From: an uncultured bacterium
GTDB lineage: Bacteria > Armatimonadota > Abditibacteriia > Abditibacteriales > Abditibacteriaceae
Assembly (NCBI GenBank): GCA_963843795.1
Contig: CAWJLW010000006.1
Location: 434,001 to 498,000, forward strand
Direction: 5' to 3'
Length of the DNA stretch: 64,000 nt
Made by a program: the position numbers and the translations under genes
Notes under the pieces: model-generated
Database searches by the model: none
Seen by the model: the letters and a program-made list of their open reading frames with translations, nothing else
Told to the model about the DNA's origin: nothing
Part shown: in pieces, positions 1-9,962 of the stretch
Numbering within the stretch: the first letter of the stretch is position 1
How the letters are laid out: every line of letters starts with the position of its first letter

Positions 1-1
1 C

Positions 2-112
2 GCGTGGTCAATTATTGAAGCCACCGCAGAAATCCGCCGCCAATCCGGTTACCAGTTCGACCCCAAAATCGTCGATTCTTTTCTCGAATTGCCCCACGCT
101 GATTTAGTGTGA
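2..112 (+). CDS. 3' end of an HD-GYP domain protein (truncated by window start)
   Basis: Manual translation AWSIIEATAEIRRQSGYQFDPKIVDSFLELPHADLV* matches the HD-GYP C-terminal pattern (W..EEA..EI...G.QFDP..V..FL). Confidence 0.7.
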   Translation, partial: AWSIIEATAEIRRQSGYQFDPKIVDSFLELPHADLV

Positions 113-128
113 AACCCATTTTTCCGAT

Positions 129-164
129 AGAAACGCCGCTGCAAGTACTTGCAGCGGCGTTTCT
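129..164. terminator. 36-bp perfect palindrome centred on GCAAGTACTTGC; probable terminator hairpin
   Basis: AGAAACGCCGCTGCAAGT|ACTTGCAGCGGCGTTTCT, 17 nt after the HD-GYP stop. Confidence 0.7.
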
Positions 165-210
165 CATTGACTTTTGAAGCGTATGGTTGAGAGTAAGTGC
201 AGATTGAATT

Positions 211-375
211 GGTGAATGGGTACAAACAGAAATCTTCAATGCTCGCCAACGCGAGCTAAAGGAAAAGCGGCGCGTTTTGTTTCCGATTCGTCTGACACCG
301 TTTGAAACGCTACGCAAATGGAAAGCTTTTGACAGCGATACGGGCTGCGATATGGCGCGCGAAATCCGCAAGTAC
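211..375 (+). pseudogene. Remnant of a TIR-domain gene (C-terminal part of a TIR_2-type domain)
   Basis: Translates GEWVQTEIFNARQRELKEKRRVLFPIRLTPFETLRKWKAFDSDTGCDMAREIRKY. This resembles, from memory of the family, bacterial pentapeptide-repeat/TIR proteins (S.WV..EI..AR.RE..E.RR.LFPIRL...W..FD.DTG.D.AREIREY). In-frame TGA at 205-207 and no start codon at the 5' end. Confidence 0.65.
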
Positions 376-432
376 TTGCAGGGCGCATTTTTTGCATTTA
401 AGCGCGCCGATTAACAAGGGAAGTGGAATATT

Positions 433-1458
433 ATGGGTTTGAAAAAGGCGACACTTTGGGCACTTAGCGGCGCGGCGGCGACGGTTGGAACGATGGTGGT
501 TTTGCAGAAAAAACGTCATTTCGATCTCACCAATCGCGTGGTTCTCATCACCGGCGGCAGTCGGGGTTTCGGTTTACTGTTGGCGCAGGAGTTCGCCAGT
601 CGTGGCGCGCGCGTGGCGATTTGTGCGCGCGATGGCGAAGAGCTGGAACGCGGGCGCAGGTACTTGCAGCAATTTGGTTTGGATGCGCGCGCGTTCGTAT
701 GCGATGTGACGCAAAAGGCGCAAATTGAGCATTTGGTGGAAGAAGTCGAGCGCGAGTTGGGTTCGGTCGAAGTGCTGGTCAATAATGCAGGCGTAATTTC
801 GATGGGGCCGGTCGATGCAATGACCGATGAAGATATGAAAGCGTCGATTGACACCCACATCTGGGCGGCCTGGCACGCTTGCAACGCCGTTTTGCCCGCG
901 ATGCGCGCGCGGGCTAGTGGGCGCATTTTGAATATTTCGTCTATTGGCGGGCGTGTCAGCGTTCCGCATCTCACGCCTTATGCAGTGGGCAAATTCGGCT
1001 TAGCGGGTTTGTCGCAGGGCTTGCGCATTGAATTGGCGCAATACGGTGTTTTAGTGACGACGGCGTTTCCGTTTCCCATGCGCGTCGGTTCGTTTATTAA
1101 CGCGACAATGAAAGGTCAACATCGCAAAGAGTTCGCGCTGGGCCAAATTGTTGATTCTAATCCGCTGCTTTCGCAAAACCCTGAACGCGCGGCGCGCAAT
1201 GTCGTGGAAGCTGTGATTCGCGGCGATTCCTATATCGTGCCCTCGAATCGCGGGCAACTGGCGATTACATTAGCTGCGGTTTTTCCTGGACTGGCACTGG
1301 AAGCGACTTCGCTGCTGGGCCGTTTTATGCCGTCCAAAGATGGACCGGAAAGCATTGGCAGCGCGGGCGTGAAAGGCAAAGACAGCGAATCGGTGTTCGC
1401 ACCTTCGGTTTTAACGGTGCTCAACGACAAAGCCGCGCGCGAGTTGAACGAGCTTTAA
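433..1458 (+). CDS. SDR family NAD(P)-dependent oxidoreductase
   Basis: TGGSRGFG Rossmann motif, NNAG, YxxGK catalytic motif, N-terminal hydrophobic segment. Confidence 0.9.
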   Translation: MGLKKATLWALSGAAATVGTMVVLQKKRHFDLTNRVVLITGGSRGFGLLLAQEFASRGARVAICARDGEELERGRRYLQQFGLDARAFVCDVTQKAQIEHLVEEVERELGSVEVLVNNAGVISMGPVDAMTDEDMKASIDTHIWAAWHACNAVLPAMRARASGRILNISSIGGRVSVPHLTPYAVGKFGLAGLSQGLRIELAQYGVLVTTAFPFPMRVGSFINATMKGQHRKEFALGQIVDSNPLLSQNPERAARNVVEAVIRGDSYIVPSNRGQLAITLAAVFPGLALEATSLLGRFMPSKDGPESIGSAGVKGKDSESVFAPSVLTVLNDKAARELNEL

Positions 1459-1480
1459 ATGCAGATCATGAAAGTCGCAA

Positions 1481-1536
1481 AGTGAAGAGAGAATGGCGCG
1501 CTGCAAGTACTTGCAGCGCGCCATTCTCTCTTCACT
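1481..1536. terminator. 56-bp perfect palindrome between convergent genes; probable bidirectional terminator
   Basis: AGTGAAGAGAGAATGGCGCGCTGCAAGT|ACTTGCAGCGCGCCATTCTCTCTTCACT. Confidence 0.75.
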
Positions 1537-1541
1537 CCCAT

Positions 1542-2087
1542 TTAAAATCTGGTACCCACCATCAGGGCTAACCCGCCGGGATTAACGCCCGCGACGCTGC
1601 CAACGATGTGATATTTGGCTTCCACAAAGAATTGTTTGGGGAATTGATAGCCGACCACACCGTAACCGCCGACGGTAGTTTTGTTTTCGCTTCTAGCACC
1701 GTTCGATGCGCGCACGAAATAGGGGCCAAGGCCAGCGCCGAAATACACGTTGCCGGTCGCGCTTTGCAGCGGGTTGGGCGGCGAAAAATAGCGGCCAATC
1801 GTGACTGGAATCATGCGCAGCTTGCCGCCGTTGCCGCTACTCTGCGAGTAACCGGCGCTCACCAGATATTTGCCCTGACCCAAGTTGGGAATCGCGACAT
1901 CGGCTTCGATGTTGAAAGCAGTTCCGCCCGCCAAAGCTTTGGCATCGCCGGTGCGTTGCAAAATGCCGATTTTGGCACGAACGGGAATGACGCCGGTGCT
2001 TTGGGCGTTTGCGGGCGCGGCCATGCTCCAAACGAGGCCAGAAAGAGCGAGGCAGGTTCCTGCGGTGCGAAAGATAAATTTTGTCAT
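1542..2087 (-). CDS. Small outer-membrane beta-barrel protein
   Basis: Signal peptide (APANA-Q), alternating beta strands (YFGAGLG, GYGVVGYQF, FFVEAKY), C-terminal Phe. Confidence 0.75.
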   Translation of the reverse strand: MTKFIFRTAGTCLALSGLVWSMAAPANAQSTGVIPVRAKIGILQRTGDAKALAGGTAFNIEADVAIPNLGQGKYLVSAGYSQSSGNGGKLRMIPVTIGRYFSPPNPLQSATGNVYFGAGLGPYFVRASNGARSENKTTVGGYGVVGYQFPKQFFVEAKYHIVGSVAGVNPGGLALMVGTRF

Positions 2088-2281
2088 GGCTGTTCTCCAC
2101 AAAAATTGAAAATACTCGACAACGGAATGGCGCGAGTGTAACGATTTGAACGGCCCGAATCTACTTTGAGCAAATTATTCTGGTGACAAATGAAGTTTGG
2201 CCTTTACAGATGCCGAGGTTCTTGATAAGATTTCTCTTCGCGCGCCAGCCAAGACAATTTTCGGAGTGCGTCACCCACAAT

Positions 2282-2354
2282 GGGCCGGTAGCTCAGTTGG
2301 TAGAGCAGGGGACTTTTAATCCCAAGGTCATAGGTTCGATTCCTATCCGGCCTA
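2282..2354 (+). tRNA. tRNA-Lys (TTT)
   Basis: GGGCCGG acceptor stem, AGCTCAGTTGGTAGAGC D arm, CTTTTAA anticodon loop, GGTTCGATTCC T arm. CCA not encoded. Confidence 0.96.
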
Positions 2355-2361
2355 CTTATCG

Positions 2362-2397
2362 AAAACACCCCGCAAGTACTTGCGGGGTGTTTTTTTG
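2362..2397 (+). terminator. Rho-independent terminator of tRNA-Lys with the palindrome as apex
   Basis: AAAACACCCCGCAAGT|ACTTGCGGGGTGTTTT followed by a T run. Confidence 0.8.
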
Positions 2398-2410
2398 TGT
2401 CGCGGCAAGC

Positions 2411-2452
2411 TGTAGCTTGCAGCGTGTAGCTTGCAGCGTGTAGCTTGCAGCG
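2411..2452. repeat. Tandem repeat, 3 x TGTAGCTTGCAGCG (7-bp sub-period)
   Basis: Three exact 14-bp copies read directly. Confidence 0.9.
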
Positions 2453-2539
2453 CGCGCGATTCACGTTTAACAAACTCATTTTCTGTATTTTGCGAAAGGC
2501 TGTGAAAGCCTTCAGCGTGCTTGCTACACTGCTTACGTT

Positions 2540-4166
2540 ATGTTACTTATTGAAAACCTTCGCAAACAATGGGGGCCACAAGTCCTCTTCAAAGACGCCG
2601 AAGCCTCGGTCTATCCGGGCGAGCGCGTTGGATTGGTCGGCCCCAACGGTGCCGGCAAAACAACTTTATTTCGTATTATTCAAGGCACAGATGACGCTGA
2701 TGGCGGCTCTGTCCATATCGACGATTGGGCCACAGTTGGCACCTTGTCGCAAGAATCGCAATGTCGATTAGGTGTGACTGTGCGCGAGGAAATGCTGTCG
2801 GCGTTTCCCGAAGTCGATGAAGCGCGCCAACAAATCGAAGCGCTTAGCGCCAATCTGGGCAACGATCAAAGTTCGTTCGAAAATCGCGAGGCACTGCGCC
2901 AATTATCTAAAGCGCAAACCGAACTCGATATGCAGGAAGCGCACACCGTCGAAGCGCGCATCGGTCGCGTTCTCAGCGGTTTGGGCTTTGGCAACGACGC
3001 GATGGATCGTCTGACCGATGAATTTTCCGGCGGTTGGCAGATGCGCATCGCGATGGCGAAAATTCTGCTGCGCGAACCCGATTTGCTTTTATTGGACGAA
3101 CCGACCAACCATCTCGATAGCGCGGCGATTAAATGGTTATTGAAGTACTTGGAAGATTATCATGGCGCGGTTCTGGTGATTTCGCACGATCCGAAATTCC
3201 TCAACAAAATTGTCAATCGCATCATCGAAGTCGATCAGGGTCAGTTGAACGATTACGCGGGCAACTATTATCAGTATCAGCGCACCAAAGCCGAAAATAT
3301 CGAGCGTCAGCAGGCGGCGTATGATCGCCAACAGCGCGAACTGGAACGTCAGCAGGAATTTATCAACCGTTTCGGAGCCAAAGCAACCAAAGCCTCGCAG
3401 GTGAAAAGCCGCGAAAAAATGCTTGATAAAATCGAACTGGTTGAAGCTCCTATCGCCAACAAGCGCGAAATGATCTTCAAATTCCCTGAAGCTCCCAAAT
3501 CCGCGCTCGACGTTTTGCGTGTCAAAGGTGTCAGCAAAACCTACGATAAGCTTAAAGTTCTGCAGGATATCGACCTCAAAGTCAAACGCGGCGACCGCAT
3601 CGCACTGCTTGGCCCAAATGGCGCTGGCAAAAGTACTTTGCTTCGCATTTTGGCTGGCGTCGAAGCGCCCGATGAGGGCGGTTTTCGCGAGGAAGGGCGC
3701 AATGTACTTATCGGCTATTTCGCACAGCATCAGGCCGAAGCGCTGGATCTAAATCGCAGCGCGTTGGAAGAAGTGCTTTATGGTTTGGATACCGAGCCGG
3801 AACGCGAAGCGCGTGGTTTGCTGGGTCGATTGATGATTCGTGGCGATGAAGTGCACAAGCCGGTGCGCGTTCTCAGCGGTGGCGAACGCAGCCGCGTGGC
3901 GTTGGCCAAGTTCCTGATGCAGCCCGCCAACACGCTTGCTGCTGGACGAGCCGACCAACCATCTCGACCCTGGCAGCCGCGAAGTTTTGCAGGAAGCTGT
4001 GGCAAATTTCGAGGGCACGGTCGTTACGGTGTCGCACGATTTGCCGTTCATTTCGGCTGTCGCGACCGAAGCGTTTCGTTTGGAAGACGGGCGTTTACTA
4101 GAAGAACGCGAATCGCTGAACGAGAACGCCGGACGCAATGGTCAGGGTAAAAAAGGCAAGAAATAA
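2540..4166 (+). CDS. ABC-F family ATP-binding protein (apparent +1 frameshift near 3935)
   Basis: Two ABC domains (GPNGAGKT/S, FSGGWQ, LSGGER, LLDEPTNHLD) and no TM segments. The second LLDEPTNHLD lies in the next frame (ORF 3936-4166). Confidence 0.9.
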
Positions 4167-4168
4167 GC

Positions 4169-4687
4169 GTGGACAAAACCAGCGTGACTGGAGAGATTCA
4201 CACGCGCCAACTGCGCGCCGCCGACATTCCTGTCGTGCGGCGCGTTTTGGCGCGTGCCTTTGGCGAACTGTTCGACTGGACCGAAAGCGTCGAAGAAACC
4301 CTTGCCCGTTGGGATGTGGAAAACGGCGTTCCGGATGTAAACGATGCGATGCAGCATTACATCGGCAATCGCGGCGAATTTCGCGTTTTGGTCGATGGCG
4401 AAACCATCGTCGGCATGGGCGCGGTGCGTCGTTTGAGCGATGAAGTGTGCGAATTGAAGCGAATGTGGTTTTTGCGCGCTTATCGCGGTCGCGGATTGGG
4501 GCGCGCTTTAGCGCTTGAATTGATCCAATGGGCACGCGATAATGGCTACCAAATCATGCGTCTAGATAGCGGTTCGGCGCCCTTATTTGCTCCCGCGCAC
4601 ACTTTATACCGTTCATTGGGATTTAGCGACATCGAGCGCTACAATGAAAACCAATACGCCACTGTTTGGATGGAAAAGATGCTATAA
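4169..4687 (+). CDS. GNAT family N-acetyltransferase
   Basis: CELKRMW...YRGRGLG acetyl-CoA motif, A..LY.SLGF. Confidence 0.88.
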   Translation: MDKTSVTGEIHTRQLRAADIPVVRRVLARAFGELFDWTESVEETLARWDVENGVPDVNDAMQHYIGNRGEFRVLVDGETIVGMGAVRRLSDEVCELKRMWFLRAYRGRGLGRALALELIQWARDNGYQIMRLDSGSAPLFAPAHTLYRSLGFSDIERYNENQYATVWMEKML

Positions 4688-4703
4688 AGGGAATAAATAA
4701 GAC

Positions 4704-5378
4704 ATGGCTTCCGTGATCGTCTTTGACTTAAATGAAACTTTGCTGGATATGAGCGCACTGGACAGTTTCTTTGCGGACAAATTTGGTAACGCGAAAACAC
4801 GCCAAAGCTGGTTTCAAACCTTGGAAAGTTTGATGTTGACAACTGTTGTCGTGCATCGAAACACACCGTTTAGCGAATTGATGCTCGCGGCGTTAAATAT
4901 GACGGCGCAGCGCGAAAGAATTGAGTTATACGCTGCCGATGAGAACGAATTATCGGAGCAGATGAAACGTCTCGCGCCGTATGGCGAAGTTGAAAGTGGT
5001 TTGCAAATGTTGCACGACGGTGGTTTTCGTTTGGTGGTTTTGACCAACGGGGCCCAAAAAGCTGCGCACGAACAAGTCGAATTCGCCAGATTGACCAATT
5101 ACTTTGAAAAAGTGCTGTCTGCGCAAGACACCGGAATGCTGAAACCAGGACGCGTGACTTACCAGTACGCGGCGCGCGAACTGGGCGTCGAATGCGCTGA
5201 TATTCGTTTGGTCGCGGCGCATCCGTGGGATATAACCGGTGCCGCTGCTGCCGGTTGTGCAACCGGATTTATTGCGCGACCGGGCAAATTTGCCGATCCC
5301 AGCGGCACGCCACCCGAAATCGAAGCGCGCGATTTGAACGATATGGCAGAGCAAATTCTCGATAAAGACAAACCCTAA
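4704..5378 (+). CDS. Haloacid dehalogenase type II (HAD superfamily)
   Basis: VFDLNETLLD, LTNG, KP, LVAAHPWDI.GA motifs. Confidence 0.88.
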   Translation: MASVIVFDLNETLLDMSALDSFFADKFGNAKTRQSWFQTLESLMLTTVVVHRNTPFSELMLAALNMTAQRERIELYAADENELSEQMKRLAPYGEVESGLQMLHDGGFRLVVLTNGAQKAAHEQVEFARLTNYFEKVLSAQDTGMLKPGRVTYQYAARELGVECADIRLVAAHPWDITGAAAAGCATGFIARPGKFADPSGTPPEIEARDLNDMAEQILDKDKP

Positions 5379-5744
5379 TGAAATGAGAATTTCCTGGCCT
5401 TGACACTGATTTGTATCTGGCAAGTACTTGCCTGCAGTTTTCGAGGCGATTTTTCAATTATCTGACTTTACCGTTTCCTCAGCGGCCACCGCATTCGCCC
5501 GCCGAACGCGCATCATCGGTTTGTGAAACGCTAAAAGGTGGGGAAATCGGCTTGTTCTTCTTGGCATCGCAGAATTTGGTGACACAAAAATAGTTTCCTT
5601 CGCTCCAACAATCCGCAAAATGTCAGCGCATTTGAGTTCCAACAGTCAGGTGGTACGTTGATTTTTTGCCAGATAAAATTTTCACTCAGCGGTATTAATT
5701 TTCAGGCGCTGCAAGTACTTGCAAGGCACTAAATTTCAATTTTT

Positions 5745-6113
5745 ATGAATATCACGACACAGGTCAAGCGTTTAGATCACATTCATATTTGCATTCCGCA
5801 CGGCAAAGAAGACGAGGCGCGCGAGTGGTACACGAGCGTGCTGGGCTTGCGCGAAACCGAGCGTCCGGCTTCGCTGGGGCCGGGCGGTTTGTGGCTCTTG
5901 ATGGGCGATATTTGCGTGCATCTCGGAATCAGCAATGATGTACCACATCGTAATCCGCACGCGGCGTTTGAAGTGGAAGATTTGGAAACGCTGCGCACAC
6001 ACCTGCAAAATCACGGCGTCGAAATCGGCCACGAACCGGATATTCCCGGCGTTAATCGCTTCGCTTTCCGCGACCCTTTCGGCAATAAGTTCGAGTTTCT
6101 CGAACGCGATTAA
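5745..6113 (+). CDS. VOC/glyoxalase family protein
   Basis: LDHIHI, HAAFEV, FRDPFGNKFEF. Confidence 0.88.
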   Translation: MNITTQVKRLDHIHICIPHGKEDEAREWYTSVLGLRETERPASLGPGGLWLLMGDICVHLGISNDVPHRNPHAAFEVEDLETLRTHLQNHGVEIGHEPDIPGVNRFAFRDPFGNKFEFLERD

Positions 6114-6152
6114 TCAGGCGTATTGTGCGCCGCAAGTACTTGCAAATCCACT

Positions 6153-9152
6153 ATGGAACTACGATTACAAACCTCGTGGCCAAAATGCGCCGTCGCAATT
6201 CTCACGATAGCAACTCCAGCGCTGGCGCAACCTACGCCGGTGCAAACCCTGAACGATTACAACGAACCGTTTCTGTTCACGTATGGAACTTGGGAGAAAA
6301 AGCCTACTGTTCAAAATGGCGTGGCGCTGCTGAATGGAATTACCAACGCGGGCGGCGGCGGGCATCTGCTGCCACTCGATTTGAGCGGCAAAACTGAACT
6401 TTCGCTCGCGGTGCGTTTGAAAATTGGGCCTAACAATCAAGCGCAAACGCTGCGAGTTTTGTTGTTGGATAATCAAGAGCGCAGCGCGATCTGGAATTTT
6501 TCGCTCGATGGTGTACCCAAAGGCCAAATGCAACTGCTGACGCCGCAAGAAGGCGCGACTTTGGCCACACCTAATGACACCGGCAAGCCGAATCAAGCGC
6601 CCGATTGGAGCAAAATCGCCAACTTGCAATTGCAGGGCGATTGGAATGGTAACAAGCCGCTCGATGTCGAAGTCGATGCCGTGGTTTTGGTGCAGCCCGA
6701 TGCCAGCATGATTGCACAACGACAGCAGCGCGTGGCGCGTTTGGCACAGGAAGCCAGTGCGAAAAAGCAAGCTCAGGACGCGCTCAAAGCCAAGTATGCG
6801 CAACGCACGCAGCTTTCGCCGCGCGTCGTCAATGTCGCGCCGGTCGCGCCCGCTGTGCTGGCGCTGACCATTGAAAGTGGCCATATTTCACCCGGTGCGC
6901 TCGAACCTTATGTGCCCAAAGACGGCGATAAGACAACCGAAAAAAAACGCGAAGATGGCAAATTAGAAAGCGTGCAGCTGGTGCGCAATGGCCAAACGCT
7001 GGGCTTTTTGCTGCCAACCTGGGGGCCAAAACGCGAATGGTTGCAGCGCGGCGAGACTTTTGAAGGCGAACCGTTACTGGAATTTGTCGCCGATGACGCG
7101 GCCAACTTCAGCGTAATTTCGCCCGATGACGCCAATTACAAAACCGCGCAAAAGCCAGTTTGGATAGGGCGCAAAACTACGCCGATCAAATGGTCAACCA
7201 GCGCCAACGCGTTTGAAATGCGCCACAGCATTTATCTTCAATTGCCTTTTGCTTTGTCGTCCGGCAAAAAATATACGGTGAATTTGGGCGAATTGAACAC
7301 GCAAAAAGCGACGGTTGAATTTAGCGACGACGCGAGCCAAATGCGTTCGGAAGCGGTTCATGTCAATCAAATTGGCTATCGGCCCGACGATCCGGCCAAG
7401 CGCGCTTTCGTTTCGTGTTGGATGGGAACCGGTGGCAATTTAACGCTGCCCGCGACTTTGAAATTTTCGCTCGTCGATGAGAAAAGCGGCAAAGCGGTTT
7501 TTAGCGGGCAAAGCGACAATCATTGGCCCGCCAGCAAGCCGGAATTGATGCAGAATGACGAGAATTTCAATGGTACCGAAGTGGCTCGCCTGGATTTTTC
7601 AGGTTTCAAGACGCCGGGCCGTTATCGTGTCGTGGTCGAAGGCATTGGCAGTTCGTATCCGTTTGAAATCGGGCCGGATGTCTGGCAGCGCGCCTTCACC
7701 GTTCAGATGCGCGGCCTGCTGAATAATCGCAGCGGCATTAAATTGGGGCCGCCTTTCACGACTTTTCAGAAGCCGCCAGATATGGTGCCTGCTGAGGGTT
7801 ACGAAGTGTTGAAAAGCCATTATCGCGCGGTCGAGAAGGGCGGCGAAAATTACGCGGCCATCAAAGCTGGGAGTACCGGCGAAAAAATGATGCAGGCGTG
7901 GGGTGGCTATCACGATGCGGGCGACTGGAATCCGCGCCGCGTTACACACATGAAAGTCAATATGGCCGCTCTGGAATTGTTCGATCTGTTCCCCAAGTAC
8001 TTTGGGGCGCTGAAGTTGAACCTTCCGACGACGCCCGGTTTGAATCCGAACGTGCCGGACGTTTTGAGCGAAGCGGTCTGGGAATTCGGGACGTTTCAGC
8101 GTTTGCAGCAGGCCGATGGCGGCGTTGGTTACGGCATCGAAACCGGCGATGGCGATCCGTTGCCGGGCGAGGTTTCGTGGCTGCAAAGTATGCCCGCGTT
8201 CGTGCTAAACGGCGATTACAGCAGCAGTTGGTATTACGCTGCGGTCGGCGCGCGTCTTTCGCGCGTGTTGCAGCCCTATGATGCCAAAGCCGCGCAGGGA
8301 ATTCGCGACAGCGCTTTGCGCGCTTTTAATTTTGCCGAAGCCGATTTCGCGCGCGACAAAGCTGCGGGAGAAACTGACAAGCGTGATAATACGTGGGAAG
8401 CGATCGACACGCGGAATCTGGCCGCCATCGAACTGTATGGGGCGACGCGCGAGCAGAAGTATCACAACATTTTCCTGCAAGACACGGTTTTAAAAGACAC
8501 TAAACCCGATTTGTTCGCGTGGACGAAGCACGTCCAGCGCGACCAGGCGTTTGCTTATGCGCGCTTGCCCAAAGGTTTGGGCGATGAAACGCTGAAGCAG
8601 AAAGCGATTGCGGCGACCCAAGAAATGGCCGAGCGCGCTTTAAAATATGCCTCGAATAATGCGTTTAATTTAACGACGCCGGACAAAGGCAAGCCGCAGT
8701 TCATCGGCTTTTACACCACGCCCGATGCCTTTGACCTCACGCGCGCGCATTTTCTGACTGGCGACAGCAAATATCTGGCGGGCGCGGTGCAAGCGACGCA
8801 GTTCCAAAGCGGCGCGAATCCGAACAACATCGTGTATACGTCTGGCCTGGGCGCTAATCCGATCAAAAACCCGTTTCATCTGGATAGCCGCTTGACCGGA
8901 CAAGATGCGCCTGCGGGTTTGACGCCGTATGGCAATATCGATTTCAAGCGTTGGAACAATAACGGCATCACATGGCCGATTACGTGGTTTTTATCGAAAA
9001 ACACCGTTCCCGATCCCTATAATTGGCCCACAGCCGAAGCGTATTGGGATTTAGGGCAATGGCCGATGCTGGAAGAATTCACCGTCGATGCGTGGTCGCC
9101 GAATGTGCAGGTTTGGGGCTATCTGGCGGCACGCGAACCATTGAAACCGTGA
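6153..9152 (+). CDS. Secreted GH9 glycoside hydrolase with Ig-like (CelD_N) module and N-terminal CBM-like domain
   Basis: Signal peptide, VHVNQIGY Ig module, GGYHDAGD GH9 motif, G.NP...Y.SGLG. Confidence 0.82.
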   Translation: MELRLQTSWPKCAVAILTIATPALAQPTPVQTLNDYNEPFLFTYGTWEKKPTVQNGVALLNGITNAGGGGHLLPLDLSGKTELSLAVRLKIGPNNQAQTLRVLLLDNQERSAIWNFSLDGVPKGQMQLLTPQEGATLATPNDTGKPNQAPDWSKIANLQLQGDWNGNKPLDVEVDAVVLVQPDASMIAQRQQRVARLAQEASAKKQAQDALKAKYAQRTQLSPRVVNVAPVAPAVLALTIESGHISPGALEPYVPKDGDKTTEKKREDGKLESVQLVRNGQTLGFLLPTWGPKREWLQRGETFEGEPLLEFVADDAANFSVISPDDANYKTAQKPVWIGRKTTPIKWSTSANAFEMRHSIYLQLPFALSSGKKYTVNLGELNTQKATVEFSDDASQMRSEAVHVNQIGYRPDDPAKRAFVSCWMGTGGNLTLPATLKFSLVDEKSGKAVFSGQSDNHWPASKPELMQNDENFNGTEVARLDFSGFKTPGRYRVVVEGIGSSYPFEIGPDVWQRAFTVQMRGLLNNRSGIKLGPPFTTFQKPPDMVPAEGYEVLKSHYRAVEKGGENYAAIKAGSTGEKMMQAWGGYHDAGDWNPRRVTHMKVNMAALELFDLFPKYFGALKLNLPTTPGLNPNVPDVLSEAVWEFGTFQRLQQADGGVGYGIETGDGDPLPGEVSWLQSMPAFVLNGDYSSSWYYAAVGARLSRVLQPYDAKAAQGIRDSALRAFNFAEADFARDKAAGETDKRDNTWEAIDTRNLAAIELYGATREQKYHNIFLQDTVLKDTKPDLFAWTKHVQRDQAFAYARLPKGLGDETLKQKAIAATQEMAERALKYASNNAFNLTTPDKGKPQFIGFYTTPDAFDLTRAHFLTGDSKYLAGAVQATQFQSGANPNNIVYTSGLGANPIKNPFHLDSRLTGQDAPAGLTPYGNIDFKRWNNNGITWPITWFLSKNTVPDPYNWPTAEAYWDLGQWPMLEEFTVDAWSPNVQVWGYLAAREPLKP

Positions 9153-9158
9153 GGCAAA

Positions 9159-9182
9159 GGCTCTGCAAGTACTTGCAGAGCC
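9159..9182. terminator. Palindrome-centred hairpin between convergent GH9 and nfi
   Basis: GGCTCTGCAAGT|ACTTGCAGAGCC. Confidence 0.6.
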
Positions 9183-9187
9183 AAATT

Positions 9188-9880
9188 TCACTCGTTCGCC
9201 GCGCTATTCTCCAGTCGCATTTCATTGACATACAAATGCGCGCGGCGCGTGGGTTCGGGCACGCGGTAACCGCCATCGCATTGCAACATCAGTTCGATTG
9301 AAGTTTCTAAATCCATCAAATGCCCCGGCGAAACATAAACCGGCGAGACGCGATTTTTGGTGCGTAAAGCCGCGCCGACGGTGCGCTTTTTGTAAATCAT
9401 CGGCGACCAATTGCCGCGCGTTTCACTTGGTTCGTCAAATTTGCCAACTAAGACCGACTTGGCGCAGCCGATGGTAGGGCGCTCGAACACCAGACCGGCG
9501 TGGCAGGCGATGCCCATGCCACGCGGATGCGCTGTGCCCTGACCGTCCATGACAATCGCGTCCGGCTCGATTTCCAATTTTTCCCACGCCTCGATCAAAG
9601 CGGGCATTTCGCGAAACGATAAAAGGCCCGGCACATAGGGAAATTTCGCGGTTGTGACCACGCCGCTGCGCGCGATGGTTTCCATCGTGTTCAAATTCAA
9701 TACGATAATCGCCGCGTAAATCACCTCAGAAAATTTGTTGAAAGAAATATCGGCGCCCGCGATGGTTTCGATTTTTCGCGTCGGCTTTTCGATAACGACT
9801 TGCGACGCCAATTCTTTTTGCAGCGCGACCGCGTCTTTGGCGTTTAAATCCCACTTGTGCAGTTTTCGATAATGTGCCAT
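9188..9880 (-). CDS. nfi: Endonuclease V (deoxyinosine 3' endonuclease)
   Basis: IAGADIS, FPYVPGLLSFRE, DGQGTAHPR..GIACH, PTIGCAKS, PEPTRRAH. Confidence 0.93.
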   Translation of the reverse strand: MAHYRKLHKWDLNAKDAVALQKELASQVVIEKPTRKIETIAGADISFNKFSEVIYAAIIVLNLNTMETIARSGVVTTAKFPYVPGLLSFREMPALIEAWEKLEIEPDAIVMDGQGTAHPRGMGIACHAGLVFERPTIGCAKSVLVGKFDEPSETRGNWSPMIYKKRTVGAALRTKNRVSPVYVSPGHLMDLETSIELMLQCDGGYRVPEPTRRAHLYVNEMRLENSAANE

Positions 9881-9962
9881 GAGGCTGGAACTCTCCCTCC
9901 CGTGCGCTTTCTGATTATCCCAATCGCGCGAATAATTGTCATTTTCGCTATAATTTTCTTCG

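Noticed and set aside
6123..6152. Extended N-termini of several ORF-track calls (6123, 22471, 23624, 41478, 41786, 42575, 52253, 55730, 57593)
   Set aside because: The extensions run through intergenic palindromes or a tRNA. Downstream starts fit family N-termini or RBS positions better.
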